DNA from: Horticoccus luteus
GTDB lineage: Bacteria > Verrucomicrobiota > Verrucomicrobiia > Opitutales > Opitutaceae
Assembly (NCBI RefSeq): GCF_019464535.1
Contig: NZ_CP080507.1
Location: 480,001-512,000, forward strand
Direction of reading: 5' to 3'
Length of the DNA stretch: 32,000 nt
Numbering within the stretch: position 1 is the stretch's first letter; each line of letters begins with the position of its first letter. Of the stretch, positions 1 to 8,119 are shown one piece after another. Under the pieces are notes generated by a model that ran no database searches, was not told the DNA's origin, and saw only the letters and a program-made list of their open reading frames with translations. A program made the position numbers and the translations under genes.

Positions 1-23
1 TGAAGCCGTGGCCGGCGCCATCG

Positions 24-731
24 GTGTGGATCGACGTGGCGGCGTTTGCCGGTGGGCTCACGATGGCGTGGTTCGCACAGTGGGAAACGCGCGACCTCGT
101 GTGGAGCCTGTGGTTGTCGAGCCTGCTCGTCGGTTACGCGGTGATCGTGTGGACGCTGTCGGCTCCGCTGCGGACGTTTGCGCGGGCGGCGGTGTTTGGC
201 GGAGCGCGCGGGGACGTGGCGGTGAAGAGTGGAGTCGGGGTGGCGACGGGCGCCAGCGTGCTGTTTATGCTGGGTTTTTTCACCCTGCATTTCGGGATGT
301 TTCATTTCGTCCACTCGGTGTTTCTGGCGCAGTTTTTTCCACTCGAGGGAGGAAGCGAGCGGGCCACGGGATTTCCGTCGCTGGGGCTGTATCGCGACGT
401 GTTCAAGGCGTATTGGATTTTCGTGCCACTGGCGCTGGTGGCGGAGCGGGCGGCGTTTCGGGAGCGTCCGCCGAAGCCGGACGATGGCGCGATGACGTCC
501 GCGGCGATCGAGCAACGGAAAGGGGAGCAAGGGGATTCGCCGTTGCTGGCGCCGTATAAAAACGTGGTGCGACTGCACCTGTTGATCTTCTTTTTCGCCG
601 GCGCGTATGCGCTGAAGCTGCATCACTTCGCCGTCTACGCGGTGGCTTATGCGGCGTATTTTTTCCCTTGGCGGATTTTCGGGTGGGGCCGGGAAAAACG
701 CACGGGAGCGCCGGTGGCGTCGGATTCGTAG
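24..731 (+). CDS. Integral membrane protein of unknown function, possibly 5'-truncated by the window edge
   Basis: The ORF opens with GTG at 24 and the same frame is open back to nt 3. The translation is dominated by hydrophobic helices (WLSSLLVGYAVIVWTL, VLFMLGFFTLHFGMFHFVHSVFL, LHLLIFFFAGAYAL, AVYAVAYAAYFF). No family recognised by eye. Confidence 0.6.
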   Translation: MWIDVAAFAGGLTMAWFAQWETRDLVWSLWLSSLLVGYAVIVWTLSAPLRTFARAAVFGGARGDVAVKSGVGVATGASVLFMLGFFTLHFGMFHFVHSVFLAQFFPLEGGSERATGFPSLGLYRDVFKAYWIFVPLALVAERAAFRERPPKPDDGAMTSAAIEQRKGEQGDSPLLAPYKNVVRLHLLIFFFAGAYALKLHHFAVYAVAYAAYFFPWRIFGWGREKRTGAPVASDS

Positions 732-741
732 CGCGGAGACG

Positions 742-1647
742 TTACGCGGCGCGGCGGGCGGCGGCGCGTTCGTAGGCGAAGAGGTATTGCTGCGCGAGGC
801 CGGCGAGCGGCCCGAAGTGAGTGCGGCCGAAATGGGCGACTTGGGCGGAGCCCCAGTCGACGAGGCCGTAACGCGCGGCCATCGTTTTCAAAATCCACAC
901 GTCGACGGGAAACGCTTCGAGGCGACCGGCGCCGAAGAGGAGCACGCAATCGGCGACTTTTTCGCCGACGCCGGGCAACGTGCAGAGGCGTGCTTTCGCG
1001 AGGGCGTAGGGCGCGGCCTCGGTTTCCTCGAGCCAGCCGGGATGCGCGGCGAGAAATTTTGCGGTCGCGCTGATGTAGCGCGCACGGAAGCCGAGGAGGC
1101 AGGCCCGTAGTTCGGTTTCGGGGACGGCGGCGAGTTCGGGCCAGGTGGGCAGGCGATGGAACGCGGCGGCGGCGGAGGACGGCAGGATCGGGGCGCCGTG
1201 GCGGGTGGCGAGGAGCGCGACCATTTGCTTGATCTGCACGATTTGTTTCGTGGCGCTGCAGAGGAAGCCGAGGAGCGTTTCGCCGAAGGGCTGACGCAGC
1301 AGGCGGAGGCCGGGAAATGCGGCGAGGCAGGCCGCGAGGTGCGCATCGCTGCGCCAAGGGAGCGTGTCGGCAAGGGCGCGCCAGTCGGTGCGGGTGACGA
1401 AATAGTCGGCGAGGGCGGCGGAGGTCGCGGGCGCGAGGGCGGCGGGCGCGGACCAGGCGACGCCGTCACGCGTGGCGCGCAGCCGCGCGACGTGGTTGCT
1501 CCACGCGCCTTGATAAACGCCGTCGGTTTGGGCGTGCCAGCGAAAGGCCTGGCCGCCGTCGAGGGTTTCGGCGAGCACGGCGGCGCTGAGACCGCGGGTC
1601 GATGGCAGGGGTTGCCACGCGGTCCACGAGTCGGAAAGGGTGTTCAC
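742..1647 (-). CDS. ogg: 8-oxoguanine DNA glycosylase / AP lyase, OGG1 type (HhH-GPD superfamily)
   Basis: Active-site block LCTLPGVGEKVADCVLLFGAGRLEAFPVDVW closely matches the OGG1 HhH-GPD motif (Lys in GVGEKVADC, Asp in PVDV). There is also an N-terminal GQAFRWH motif. The track ORF runs to ATG 1731 but would overlap the upstream gene by 88 nt. An in-frame GTG at 1647-1645 overlaps that gene's TGA as GTGA, so the start is placed there. The start is uncertain. Confidence 0.85.
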   Translation of the reverse strand: MNTLSDSWTAWQPLPSTRGLSAAVLAETLDGGQAFRWHAQTDGVYQGAWSNHVARLRATRDGVAWSAPAALAPATSAALADYFVTRTDWRALADTLPWRSDAHLAACLAAFPGLRLLRQPFGETLLGFLCSATKQIVQIKQMVALLATRHGAPILPSSAAAAFHRLPTWPELAAVPETELRACLLGFRARYISATAKFLAAHPGWLEETEAAPYALAKARLCTLPGVGEKVADCVLLFGAGRLEAFPVDVWILKTMAARYGLVDWGSAQVAHFGRTHFGPLAGLAQQYLFAYERAAARRAA

Positions 1648-2132
1648 CGCTGACCGTCGGGCTTCGACCAAAGATAGCTTTGGCGGGTCGCGAGGATCTG
1701 GTCGCCGGGGCCGACGAGTTCGAGTTTCCACGCTACGGGACGCGCTTTGATGTCGGGCCAGTCGCTGCCGGTGAGGCCGAGGTTGAAAACGTGACTGCCG
1801 GGCGGAATTTCGGCGGGAAAGGAAAACGTTTTCGGTTCCGGACTGGTGGGCATGATCACTTGCAGACGGAAGGTGGCCGGGACGGTGGTGGCGCCATCGC
1901 TTTGGCGGATGCGCGTGAGAAAATAGAATCCGCCGCGATAGTCGGGCTTGGTGCGAAGGACGGTTTCGCGCGTGTGTGGTTCGTGGCCGGTGAAATACTC
2001 GCTGATGCGGGTGAACGAATCTTCAGCCCGCCAACTGGGCCAGACGCGGACGAAGCTGAAATCCGCCGCGGAGGCGAGGGCGGTGGCGGAGAGGAAAAGG
2101 ACGAGGGTGAAGGCGGCGGCGACGGAGCGCAT
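1644..2132 (-). CDS. Secreted protein of unknown function (signal peptide plus ~140-aa beta-rich domain)
   Basis: Track ORF is 1644..2222. The internal ATG at 2132 gives MRSVAAAFTLVLFLSATALASA, a classic Sec signal with an A-x-A site. No family recognised in the remainder. Confidence 0.65.
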   Translation of the reverse strand: MRSVAAAFTLVLFLSATALASAADFSFVRVWPSWRAEDSFTRISEYFTGHEPHTRETVLRTKPDYRGGFYFLTRIRQSDGATTVPATFRLQVIMPTSPEPKTFSFPAEIPPGSHVFNLGLTGSDWPDIKARPVAWKLELVGPGDQILATRQSYLWSKPDGQR

Positions 2133-2311
2133 GAGGAGAAGAGTGGGGCGAGGAGGAGAGATGACAACTGCGCGGTGCGAGTTGGAAAACGGGCGAGGGT
2201 GCGGGCGCGCGGCGACGTTCAATCATGCGCGTGATGGCGGCGTTCTCCCGACCACGGAGTTCGATTTCCGCAATGCCGGCCTAGCTGCCGCGGACATGTT
2301 CGCGGCGGCGA

Positions 2312-3922
2312 TCATTGCGGGGCGAGGGAAACGTTTTTGTAACGGTGGAGGCCGAGGGTGGCGGGCTCCCAACCGCGGACGGCGGGATTGATGAGGTAGG
2401 TGCGCGCGCCGAAGAAAACGGGAGCGATGGGGGCGGCGTCGAGGAGGCGAGCTTCGGCGGTTTGATACAGTTCGTAGCGGTGCGCGGGGTCGGCGTCGCG
2501 GCCGGCTTCGGCGATGAGTCGGTCGTAGGTGGCGTCGGACCAGCCGGTCATGTTGTAGCCGTTGCCCGTCACGTAGGCGTCGAGGAAGGTCGAGGGATCA
2601 GGGAAGTCGGCGACCCAGCGGGCGGTGGAGATCGTGTAGTTTTGCGACATCATGTTTTGGAGCCACGTCTTTTGCTCCATGGGTGCGATCTTCACGGTGA
2701 TGCCGAGTTCGCGCTGCCACATGGCTTGAATCGCCTCGGCGACTTTGGTGTGGATCTCGTCGTTGCGCGCCTGCACTTCGAGGATGGGAAAGCCGCGGCC
2801 GCCGGGAAAGCCAGCGTCGGAGAGGAGACGGCGGGCGAGGTTGGCGTCGCTGGTTAATTCGGCGCGTGTCGTGTAGCCGGCGCAGTCGGGCGGCGTATAA
2901 TGGGTGGCGGGGGCGCGGGTGCCGCGGAGGACGCTGCGGGCGATGGCGTCGCGGTCGATCGCGTGGGCGAGAGCCTGGCGAACTTTGGCGCGATCAAGCG
3001 GCGGACGGGCGGTGTTGAAACGAAGGAAAAAAGTTTCAAGGAGCGGATCGATGCGGAGGGCGGCGGGATCGCGCTCGCGATAGGCGTCGACTTTCGAGAG
3101 CGGGAGTTCGGCGGTGACGTGCAACTGGCCCGCGCGAAAGGCGCGTTCTTCGGCCGCGGGATTTTCGATGGGGAAGAAAACGATGCGCGCGAGCTGCACG
3201 TGGGCGGCGTCCCAGTAGTGCGGGTTTTTCTCAACGGTGAGGCGGGCGTTGGGCTGCCAGGCGGTGAGGACGAAGGGGCCGTTGCCGACGAGGTGGCCGG
3301 GTTGCGTCCACGCCGTGCCGCGACGTTCGGCGCCGCCGAACTTCGCGAGGGTGCGAACAGGAACGGGAAACCAGGCGGGTTGCGCGGCGAGGATGGGGAG
3401 ATGCGGCGCGGGATGTTCGAGCGTGAGGCGGAGCGTGTGGGCGTCGAGGGCGGTGGCGCCGAGGGCGGCGGGGTCGGTGAGGTGGCCGGTGTTGAGGGCT
3501 TCGGCGTTTTTGAGCGGGTAAAGAAGATATGCGTTTTCGGAAGCGAGGGCGGGAGCGAGCATGCGGTGCCAGGCTTGGACGAAGTCGTCGGCAGTGAGCG
3601 GCGTGTCGTCGGACCAGCGGGCGGTGGGGCGGAGATGGAAGGTCCATGTGAGGCCGTCGGCGGTGGATTCCCAGCGTTCGGCGACGGCGGGGCGGGCGGC
3701 GGAGGTGCGTTCGTCGAAAGCGGTGAGGCCTTCGAAGAGGGCGACGCAGATGTTTTGATCGGTGAAGGCGGCGACGATCTGCGGGTCGAGGTCTTGCGGT
3801 TCGGCGGCGTTGCCGAGGAGGAGGGTTTGCGTGCGATCGGCGTCGGTGACGGACGAGACGTGTTTCGCGCAGCCGGCGAGGAAGCCGGCGGCGAGGGCGA
3901 CGAGCGCGAGAAAGGGACGCAT
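2312..3922 (-). CDS. ABC transporter substrate-binding lipoprotein, family 5 (OppA/DppA/MppA-like peptide binding)
   Basis: About 535-aa mature size with typical SBP_bac_5 sequence character (LLGNAAEPQDLDPQ, WSDDTPLTADDFV, NPHYWD, ARWVADFPDP). ATG at 3922 gives MRPFLALVALAAGFLAGC with a lipobox LAGC. The track ORF extends to 3988. Confidence 0.85.
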   Translation of the reverse strand: MRPFLALVALAAGFLAGCAKHVSSVTDADRTQTLLLGNAAEPQDLDPQIVAAFTDQNICVALFEGLTAFDERTSAARPAVAERWESTADGLTWTFHLRPTARWSDDTPLTADDFVQAWHRMLAPALASENAYLLYPLKNAEALNTGHLTDPAALGATALDAHTLRLTLEHPAPHLPILAAQPAWFPVPVRTLAKFGGAERRGTAWTQPGHLVGNGPFVLTAWQPNARLTVEKNPHYWDAAHVQLARIVFFPIENPAAEERAFRAGQLHVTAELPLSKVDAYRERDPAALRIDPLLETFFLRFNTARPPLDRAKVRQALAHAIDRDAIARSVLRGTRAPATHYTPPDCAGYTTRAELTSDANLARRLLSDAGFPGGRGFPILEVQARNDEIHTKVAEAIQAMWQRELGITVKIAPMEQKTWLQNMMSQNYTISTARWVADFPDPSTFLDAYVTGNGYNMTGWSDATYDRLIAEAGRDADPAHRYELYQTAEARLLDAAPIAPVFFGARTYLINPAVRGWEPATLGLHRYKNVSLAPQ

Positions 3923-4087
3923 GAGTGGGACGGAAGCACGGCTTGTCGCGGGTGCCAAGCCGGGTAAAAGATCCCGCGTGAGGACCAAGCAGAAAAATCC
4001 TACCCGGCGAATGACGCGAATTTACGCGAAGCTCAGAGGCGAGGCGCAGAGCACGGCCTCCAGCACAACGGCGACAAGCGCGGGCTC

Positions 4088-4690
4088 TTGCAGCCTAAAA
4101 TCACGGGACGTCTAAGAAAGTGCCGCTGGCTGCGTTTAACTCCTGAAACCTGCGTGAAATCTGCGTCCGTCAATCCGGAGGAAATCCATGAACCCAGCGA
4201 AGGGCTGCCCGCGACCGTCGAACATTTTCAGCCGATCCTTACGCGTTATGCGGCGAGGCTCTTGGGCGATCACGACCGGGCGCGCGACGTGGTGCAGGAC
4301 ACGTTCGTCAAACTCGCGGCGCAACCGGTGGGAGCGGTCGATGGGCATTTGGCAGAATGGTTGTTCACGGTTTGCCGGCACCGGGCGTTGGACGTGTTGC
4401 GAAAGGAGAATCGGATGAAGCGATTCGCGGAAGGCGAAGCGGAGCGGGTGGTGGCGGCGGAGCCGAGGCCGGGGGCGGCGTTGGAGCGGGAGGAGTTGCA
4501 GGCGGCGGTTCTGCGCTCGATCGGGCGGCTGCCGCCGAACCAGCAGGAGGTGGTGCGGTTGAAGTTTCAGAATGGATTTAGTTACAAGGAAATCAGCCGC
4601 ATCACGACGCTTTCGGTGACGAATGTCGGCTTCCTGATCCACACCGCGGTGACGAGGTTGCGGACGGAATTCGCGGCGCAACGGCCATGA
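4088..4690 (+). CDS. ECF-type RNA polymerase sigma-70 family factor
   Basis: Region 2 (RARDVVQDTFVKLA, EWLFTVCRHRALDVLR) and region 4 HTH (LPPNQQEVVRLKFQNGFSYKEISRITTLSVTNVGFLIHTAVTRLR). The start is ambiguous: TTG 4088 or in-frame GTG 4154. The only ATG with a Shine-Dalgarno (4188) is out of frame. Confidence 0.85.
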   Translation: MQPKITGRLRKCRWLRLTPETCVKSASVNPEEIHEPSEGLPATVEHFQPILTRYAARLLGDHDRARDVVQDTFVKLAAQPVGAVDGHLAEWLFTVCRHRALDVLRKENRMKRFAEGEAERVVAAEPRPGAALEREELQAAVLRSIGRLPPNQQEVVRLKFQNGFSYKEISRITTLSVTNVGFLIHTAVTRLRTEFAAQRP

Positions 4691-4780
4691 CGACGAGAGC
4701 GGACGAAGGACGACAGATGCCAGGCGATGGGGACGAAGAACGAAGCAACGAAGGACTGAGACGTGAAAACGGGACTTAAC

Positions 4781-6904
4781 ATGAAGGCAGACTCTTTGGC
4801 GGATGATCCGCAACTGACGGCTTACGCACTCGGCGAACTCGAGGGCGCGGCGCGCGCGGCGGTGGAGGCGCGGTTGGCGCACGATGCGGCGGCGCGCGCG
4901 GCGGTGGAGGAGATTCGCGCGATGGCGGGGCACTTGCACGCGGCGATGGCGGCGGAAACGACGGAGGCCACGGCGAAGGAGGGAGCGAGCGCGCGACAGG
5001 CGGGTGCGACGCAGGGAGAGGCCGTTTACGAGCGGAAACAGGCACGGGTGCTCCGGTTTCCGCAGATGTATTTCGTGATCGCGGGCGTGGCGGCGGCGTG
5101 TTTCGCGGTGGTGCTGGCGATCAAGGAGCCGGAATACCGGGCGCGGCAGATGCAGCGCGTGGCGGAGAAGAAACTGCACGAAGACGCCTTCACGAAGGCG
5201 TTGCGGATGCGGCAGGCGCAGGCGCGGGCCGCGGACGAAGCGGCGAGGGCGCAGCAGAGTTTCAACTCGGATACGGTTTTGGAGTTGCCCGCTGCGCTGC
5301 CGAAAGTGGCGGAGCCGACGGCGGACGCGCTCGGTTACGCGAGCAACGAAAAGGCGCGATTGGTGGGCGGCACGGTGCTTGGCCAGACGACGTTTGCGGG
5401 GGCCGTGTCGCAGACGCTGCGCGATTTTAATACGGAGGCCTACGCGTATCAGACCGAGGGCGATTTCATCGCGGCGGCGCTGGAGCCGTTGTCCACGTTT
5501 TCGATCGATGTGGATACGGCGAGCTACGCGAATGTGCGGCGGTTTTTAGAGAGTGGTCGTCGTCCGCCGGTCGATGCAGTGCGGATCGAGGAGTTGGTGA
5601 ACTATTTCCCGTATCATTATGCGGCACCGGGGAGGGTGCGGGGTGAGGGCACCCCGCCTACAAAGGAGGAGGCGGCGCCGTTTGCGGCGTCGATGGCGGT
5701 GGCGAGTGCGCCGTGGGCGCCGGAGCACCGGCTCGTGCGGATCGGGTTGAAGGCGCGCGAGGTGTCGGCGGCGGAGCGCGGCGCGGCGAATCTGGTTTTC
5801 CTGCTCGATGTGTCGGGCTCGATGAACCAGCCGAATAAACTGCCGCTGGTGAAGGAATCGATGCGGCTGCTTGTCAGCCGGCTGCGGCCGGACGACACGG
5901 TGGCGATCGTCACGTATGCGGGGCGGTCGGGTCTCGCGCTGGCGACGACGCCGGTGAAGCGGGCGGCGGAGATTTTGGGGGCGTTGGATGAGTTGAGCCC
6001 AGGCGGATCGACGAACGGCGCGCAGGGCATCCAGCTCGCTTACGACGTGGCGAAGGCGCATTTCGTGTCGGGCGGAATCAACCACGTGGTGCTCTGCACG
6101 GACGGCGATTTCAACGTCGGGATGACGAGCGAGGGCGAGTTGACGCGGCTCATCACGGAGCAGGCGAAGTCGGGCGTGTTTCTGACGGTGCTCGGGTTTG
6201 GGATGGGCAACTACAAGGATGCGACGCTCGAGAAACTGGCGGACTCGGGGAACGGCAACTACGGCTACGTGGACAACCGGCGCGAGGCGGAGAAGCTGCT
6301 CGTGGAGCAGGTGAGCGGGACACTCGTCACGGTGGCGAAGGACGTGAAGCTGCAGGTGGAATTCAATCCGGCGAAGGTGGCGCGTTACCGGTTGATCGGT
6401 TACGAGAACCGGCGGCTGGAGAATCGCGATTTCAACAACGATAAAGTCGATGCGGGCGAGATTGGCGCGGGCCACACGGTGACGGCGCTTTACGAAATCG
6501 TGCCGGTCGGGACGAAAGATGCGGATGCGGCGGCGAGCGGGCCGGCGATCGATCCGTTGAAATACGCCGCGGTGAAAGCTCCAAGCACCAAGGACCAAGT
6601 TCCAAACTCGGAGGAGTTGCTCACGCTGAAGGTGCGTTACAAGGAGCCGGCGGGCGACAAGAGCCGGAAGCTGGAGTTTCCGCTGGTGGATCGCGGCGCG
6701 GCGTTTGCGGACGCGGATGGGGACTTCAAGTTCGCGGCGTCGGTCGCGGCGTTTGGAATGATTTTGCGCGATTCGCCGCAAAAGGGTTCGGCGACACTGG
6801 CGAACGTGGTGGCGTGGGCGGAGTCCGGCGCGGGCGCGGATGCGGGCGGGTATCGGGCGGAGTTTATCCAACTGGCGCGGCGGGCGGAGACGCTGGTGAA
6901 TTGA
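4781..6904 (+). CDS. Membrane anti-sigma factor fused to a YfbK-like von Willebrand factor A (vWA) domain protein
   Basis: N-terminus MKADSLADDPQLTAYALGELEG is typical of PVC-group anti-sigma factors. There is a single TM (MYFVIAGVAAACFAVVLAI). This is followed by the vWA-associated N-domain (FSIDVDTASYANVRRFL, VNYFPYHY), a vWA MIDAS motif LDVSGSM, and a C-terminal DUF3520-like region. It lies 90 nt downstream of the ECF sigma gene. The track ORF starts at GTG 4763. Confidence 0.85.
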   Translation: MKADSLADDPQLTAYALGELEGAARAAVEARLAHDAAARAAVEEIRAMAGHLHAAMAAETTEATAKEGASARQAGATQGEAVYERKQARVLRFPQMYFVIAGVAAACFAVVLAIKEPEYRARQMQRVAEKKLHEDAFTKALRMRQAQARAADEAARAQQSFNSDTVLELPAALPKVAEPTADALGYASNEKARLVGGTVLGQTTFAGAVSQTLRDFNTEAYAYQTEGDFIAAALEPLSTFSIDVDTASYANVRRFLESGRRPPVDAVRIEELVNYFPYHYAAPGRVRGEGTPPTKEEAAPFAASMAVASAPWAPEHRLVRIGLKAREVSAAERGAANLVFLLDVSGSMNQPNKLPLVKESMRLLVSRLRPDDTVAIVTYAGRSGLALATTPVKRAAEILGALDELSPGGSTNGAQGIQLAYDVAKAHFVSGGINHVVLCTDGDFNVGMTSEGELTRLITEQAKSGVFLTVLGFGMGNYKDATLEKLADSGNGNYGYVDNRREAEKLLVEQVSGTLVTVAKDVKLQVEFNPAKVARYRLIGYENRRLENRDFNNDKVDAGEIGAGHTVTALYEIVPVGTKDADAAASGPAIDPLKYAAVKAPSTKDQVPNSEELLTLKVRYKEPAGDKSRKLEFPLVDRGAAFADADGDFKFAASVAAFGMILRDSPQKGSATLANVVAWAESGAGADAGGYRAEFIQLARRAETLVN

Positions 6905-6999
6905 AGGCGGTGCGCGGGGGGGCGAGTCGACGGGGCGGGCACTGAGGACGAAGAGGGAAGCGGGCAGGAGGGGGAACGGAGGCGGGGTGAGCGGGCACG

Positions 7000-7026
7000 A
7001 AAAAGCCCGCGCGGGTGGGCGCGGGC
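7000..7026 (-). terminator. Rho-independent terminator of the small Cys-rich peptide gene
   Basis: Perfect 8-bp GC stem GCCCGCGC (7005-7012) / GCGCGGGC (7019-7026) with a 6-nt loop. On the minus strand it is followed by TTTTT (complement of A-run 7000-7004). It lies 25 nt past the stop at 7051. Confidence 0.75.
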
Positions 7027-7050
7027 TCGAAACGGGAGACGACCGCAGAG

Positions 7051-7266
7051 TTATTTCTTGGCGGTTTTGGCGACTTCGCCGTGAGATTCGCACTTGTCGG
7101 ACTTCGCGGCGGCGGCGGTGGTGTCGCAGGACTTCGCGTCCTTGCTCTTGCAGCAGCAGCAGGCGCTTTCGTCTTTGCAAGCGGCGTCGGCTTTGGCGGG
7201 CTGATCGGCGGCGGTCGCGAGGGCGGCGGCGGCGAGGGTGGCGAGGGAGAGGAGGAGTTTTTTCAT
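7051..7266 (-). CDS. Small secreted cysteine-rich, Lys/Ala-rich peptide (71 aa precursor, 7 Cys including CCCC)
   Basis: ATG at 7266 gives MKKLLLSLATLAAAALATAADQPAKADAACKDESACCCCKSKDAKSCDTTAAAAKSDKCESHGEVAKTAKK. This has a clear Sec signal peptide and the gene has its own terminator. The track ORF extends to 7320. Confidence 0.7.
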   Translation of the reverse strand: MKKLLLSLATLAAAALATAADQPAKADAACKDESACCCCKSKDAKSCDTTAAAAKSDKCESHGEVAKTAKK

Positions 7267-7430
7267 AGGGGGAGGAGGTTGGGTTCGGCCGAAGGAGAAC
7301 GCAAAAAGAGAAAGCGGCAAGGCTGTTTGGGCAGGCGCCTCCGGGAGGACAGCGAATCCAGCGAGAGGAAAGTCGTCGCGAAGACGCGCGATGGGAGGGA
7401 GCGGCAGGCGGTAGGGCGAGCCCGAGGGCG

Positions 7431-8054
7431 CTAGCGGAGCAAGGGTTCGAGCACGCGCCAGACGTTGTCGGCGAGGAGGCGGTGGCCGGCAGCGTTGGGG
7501 TGAATCATGTCGGCTTGGTTCAGCGCGGGCACGGCACCGACGCCTTCGAGCAGAAAGGGGACGAGCGTGAGGTGGTTTTTCTCGGCGAGATCGGGAAAGA
7601 GCGAGCGAAAGCGGGTGGTGAAGCGCTCGCCCATGCTGGCGGGCATTTGCATGCCGGCGAGGACGATGGGGGCGGCGGGGGCTTTGGCGCGCACGTGATC
7701 GATGATCGCCTGGAGGTTGGCGCGGGTGACGGCAGGATCGATGCCGCGCAGGCCGTCGTTGCCGCCGAGCGCGAGGACGAACACATCGACGGGTTGCCGC
7801 AAAACCCAGTCGATGCGGCGAAGGCCGCCGGCGGTGGTTTCGCCGCTGACGCCGGCGTTGACGACGCGGTAGGGCAGGTGGGCGGCTGCGATGCGTTGTT
7901 GGATGAGCGCGGGGAACGCCTCGCGTTCGGGGGCGTCGAGACCGTAACCGGCGGTGAGACTATCGCCGAAGAAGACGATCGTTTTCGGCGCGGGGGCGGC
8001 GGCGCGCAAGGTGGCGGCGAGTCCGAGGAGGAGGCAAAACCGGAGAGCGATCAT
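7431..8054 (-). CDS. tesA: Periplasmic SGNH/GDSL hydrolase, TesA-like (acyl-CoA thioesterase I / lysophospholipase L1 / arylesterase)
   Basis: Signal peptide MIALRFCLLLGLAATLRAAAP. Block I IVFFGDSLTAGYG, block III LALGGNDGLR, block V DMIHPNAAGH. Divergent from a ybbA/ybbP-like pair, as in E. coli. Confidence 0.9.
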   Translation of the reverse strand: MIALRFCLLLGLAATLRAAAPAPKTIVFFGDSLTAGYGLDAPEREAFPALIQQRIAAAHLPYRVVNAGVSGETTAGGLRRIDWVLRQPVDVFVLALGGNDGLRGIDPAVTRANLQAIIDHVRAKAPAAPIVLAGMQMPASMGERFTTRFRSLFPDLAEKNHLTLVPFLLEGVGAVPALNQADMIHPNAAGHRLLADNVWRVLEPLLR

Positions 8055-8119
8055 GGAGCGATACGACCGCTTGAACTAGCTTTCGAGCCAAAGGCGGGTT
8101 CTTGTGACAGGCATTGTCC

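Noticed and set aside
4136-5179. 347-aa minus-strand ORF
   Set aside because: Antisense to both the ECF sigma and anti-sigma genes and the spacer between them. Arg-rich composition.
6905-6999. G-rich plus-strand tract (GGGGGGG, GGGG, GGG runs) as a potential G-quadruplex between convergent genes
   Set aside because: Runs exist, but the required four G3+ tracts need loops of 9-14 nt. In a ~66% GC genome such tracts are expected by chance. Not a confident structural call.
5546-7180. 544-aa minus-strand ORF
   Set aside because: Shadow ORF antisense to the vWA anti-sigma gene. It has an extreme Arg/Pro/His composition typical of antisense frames in high-GC DNA, and it also runs across an intergenic terminator.
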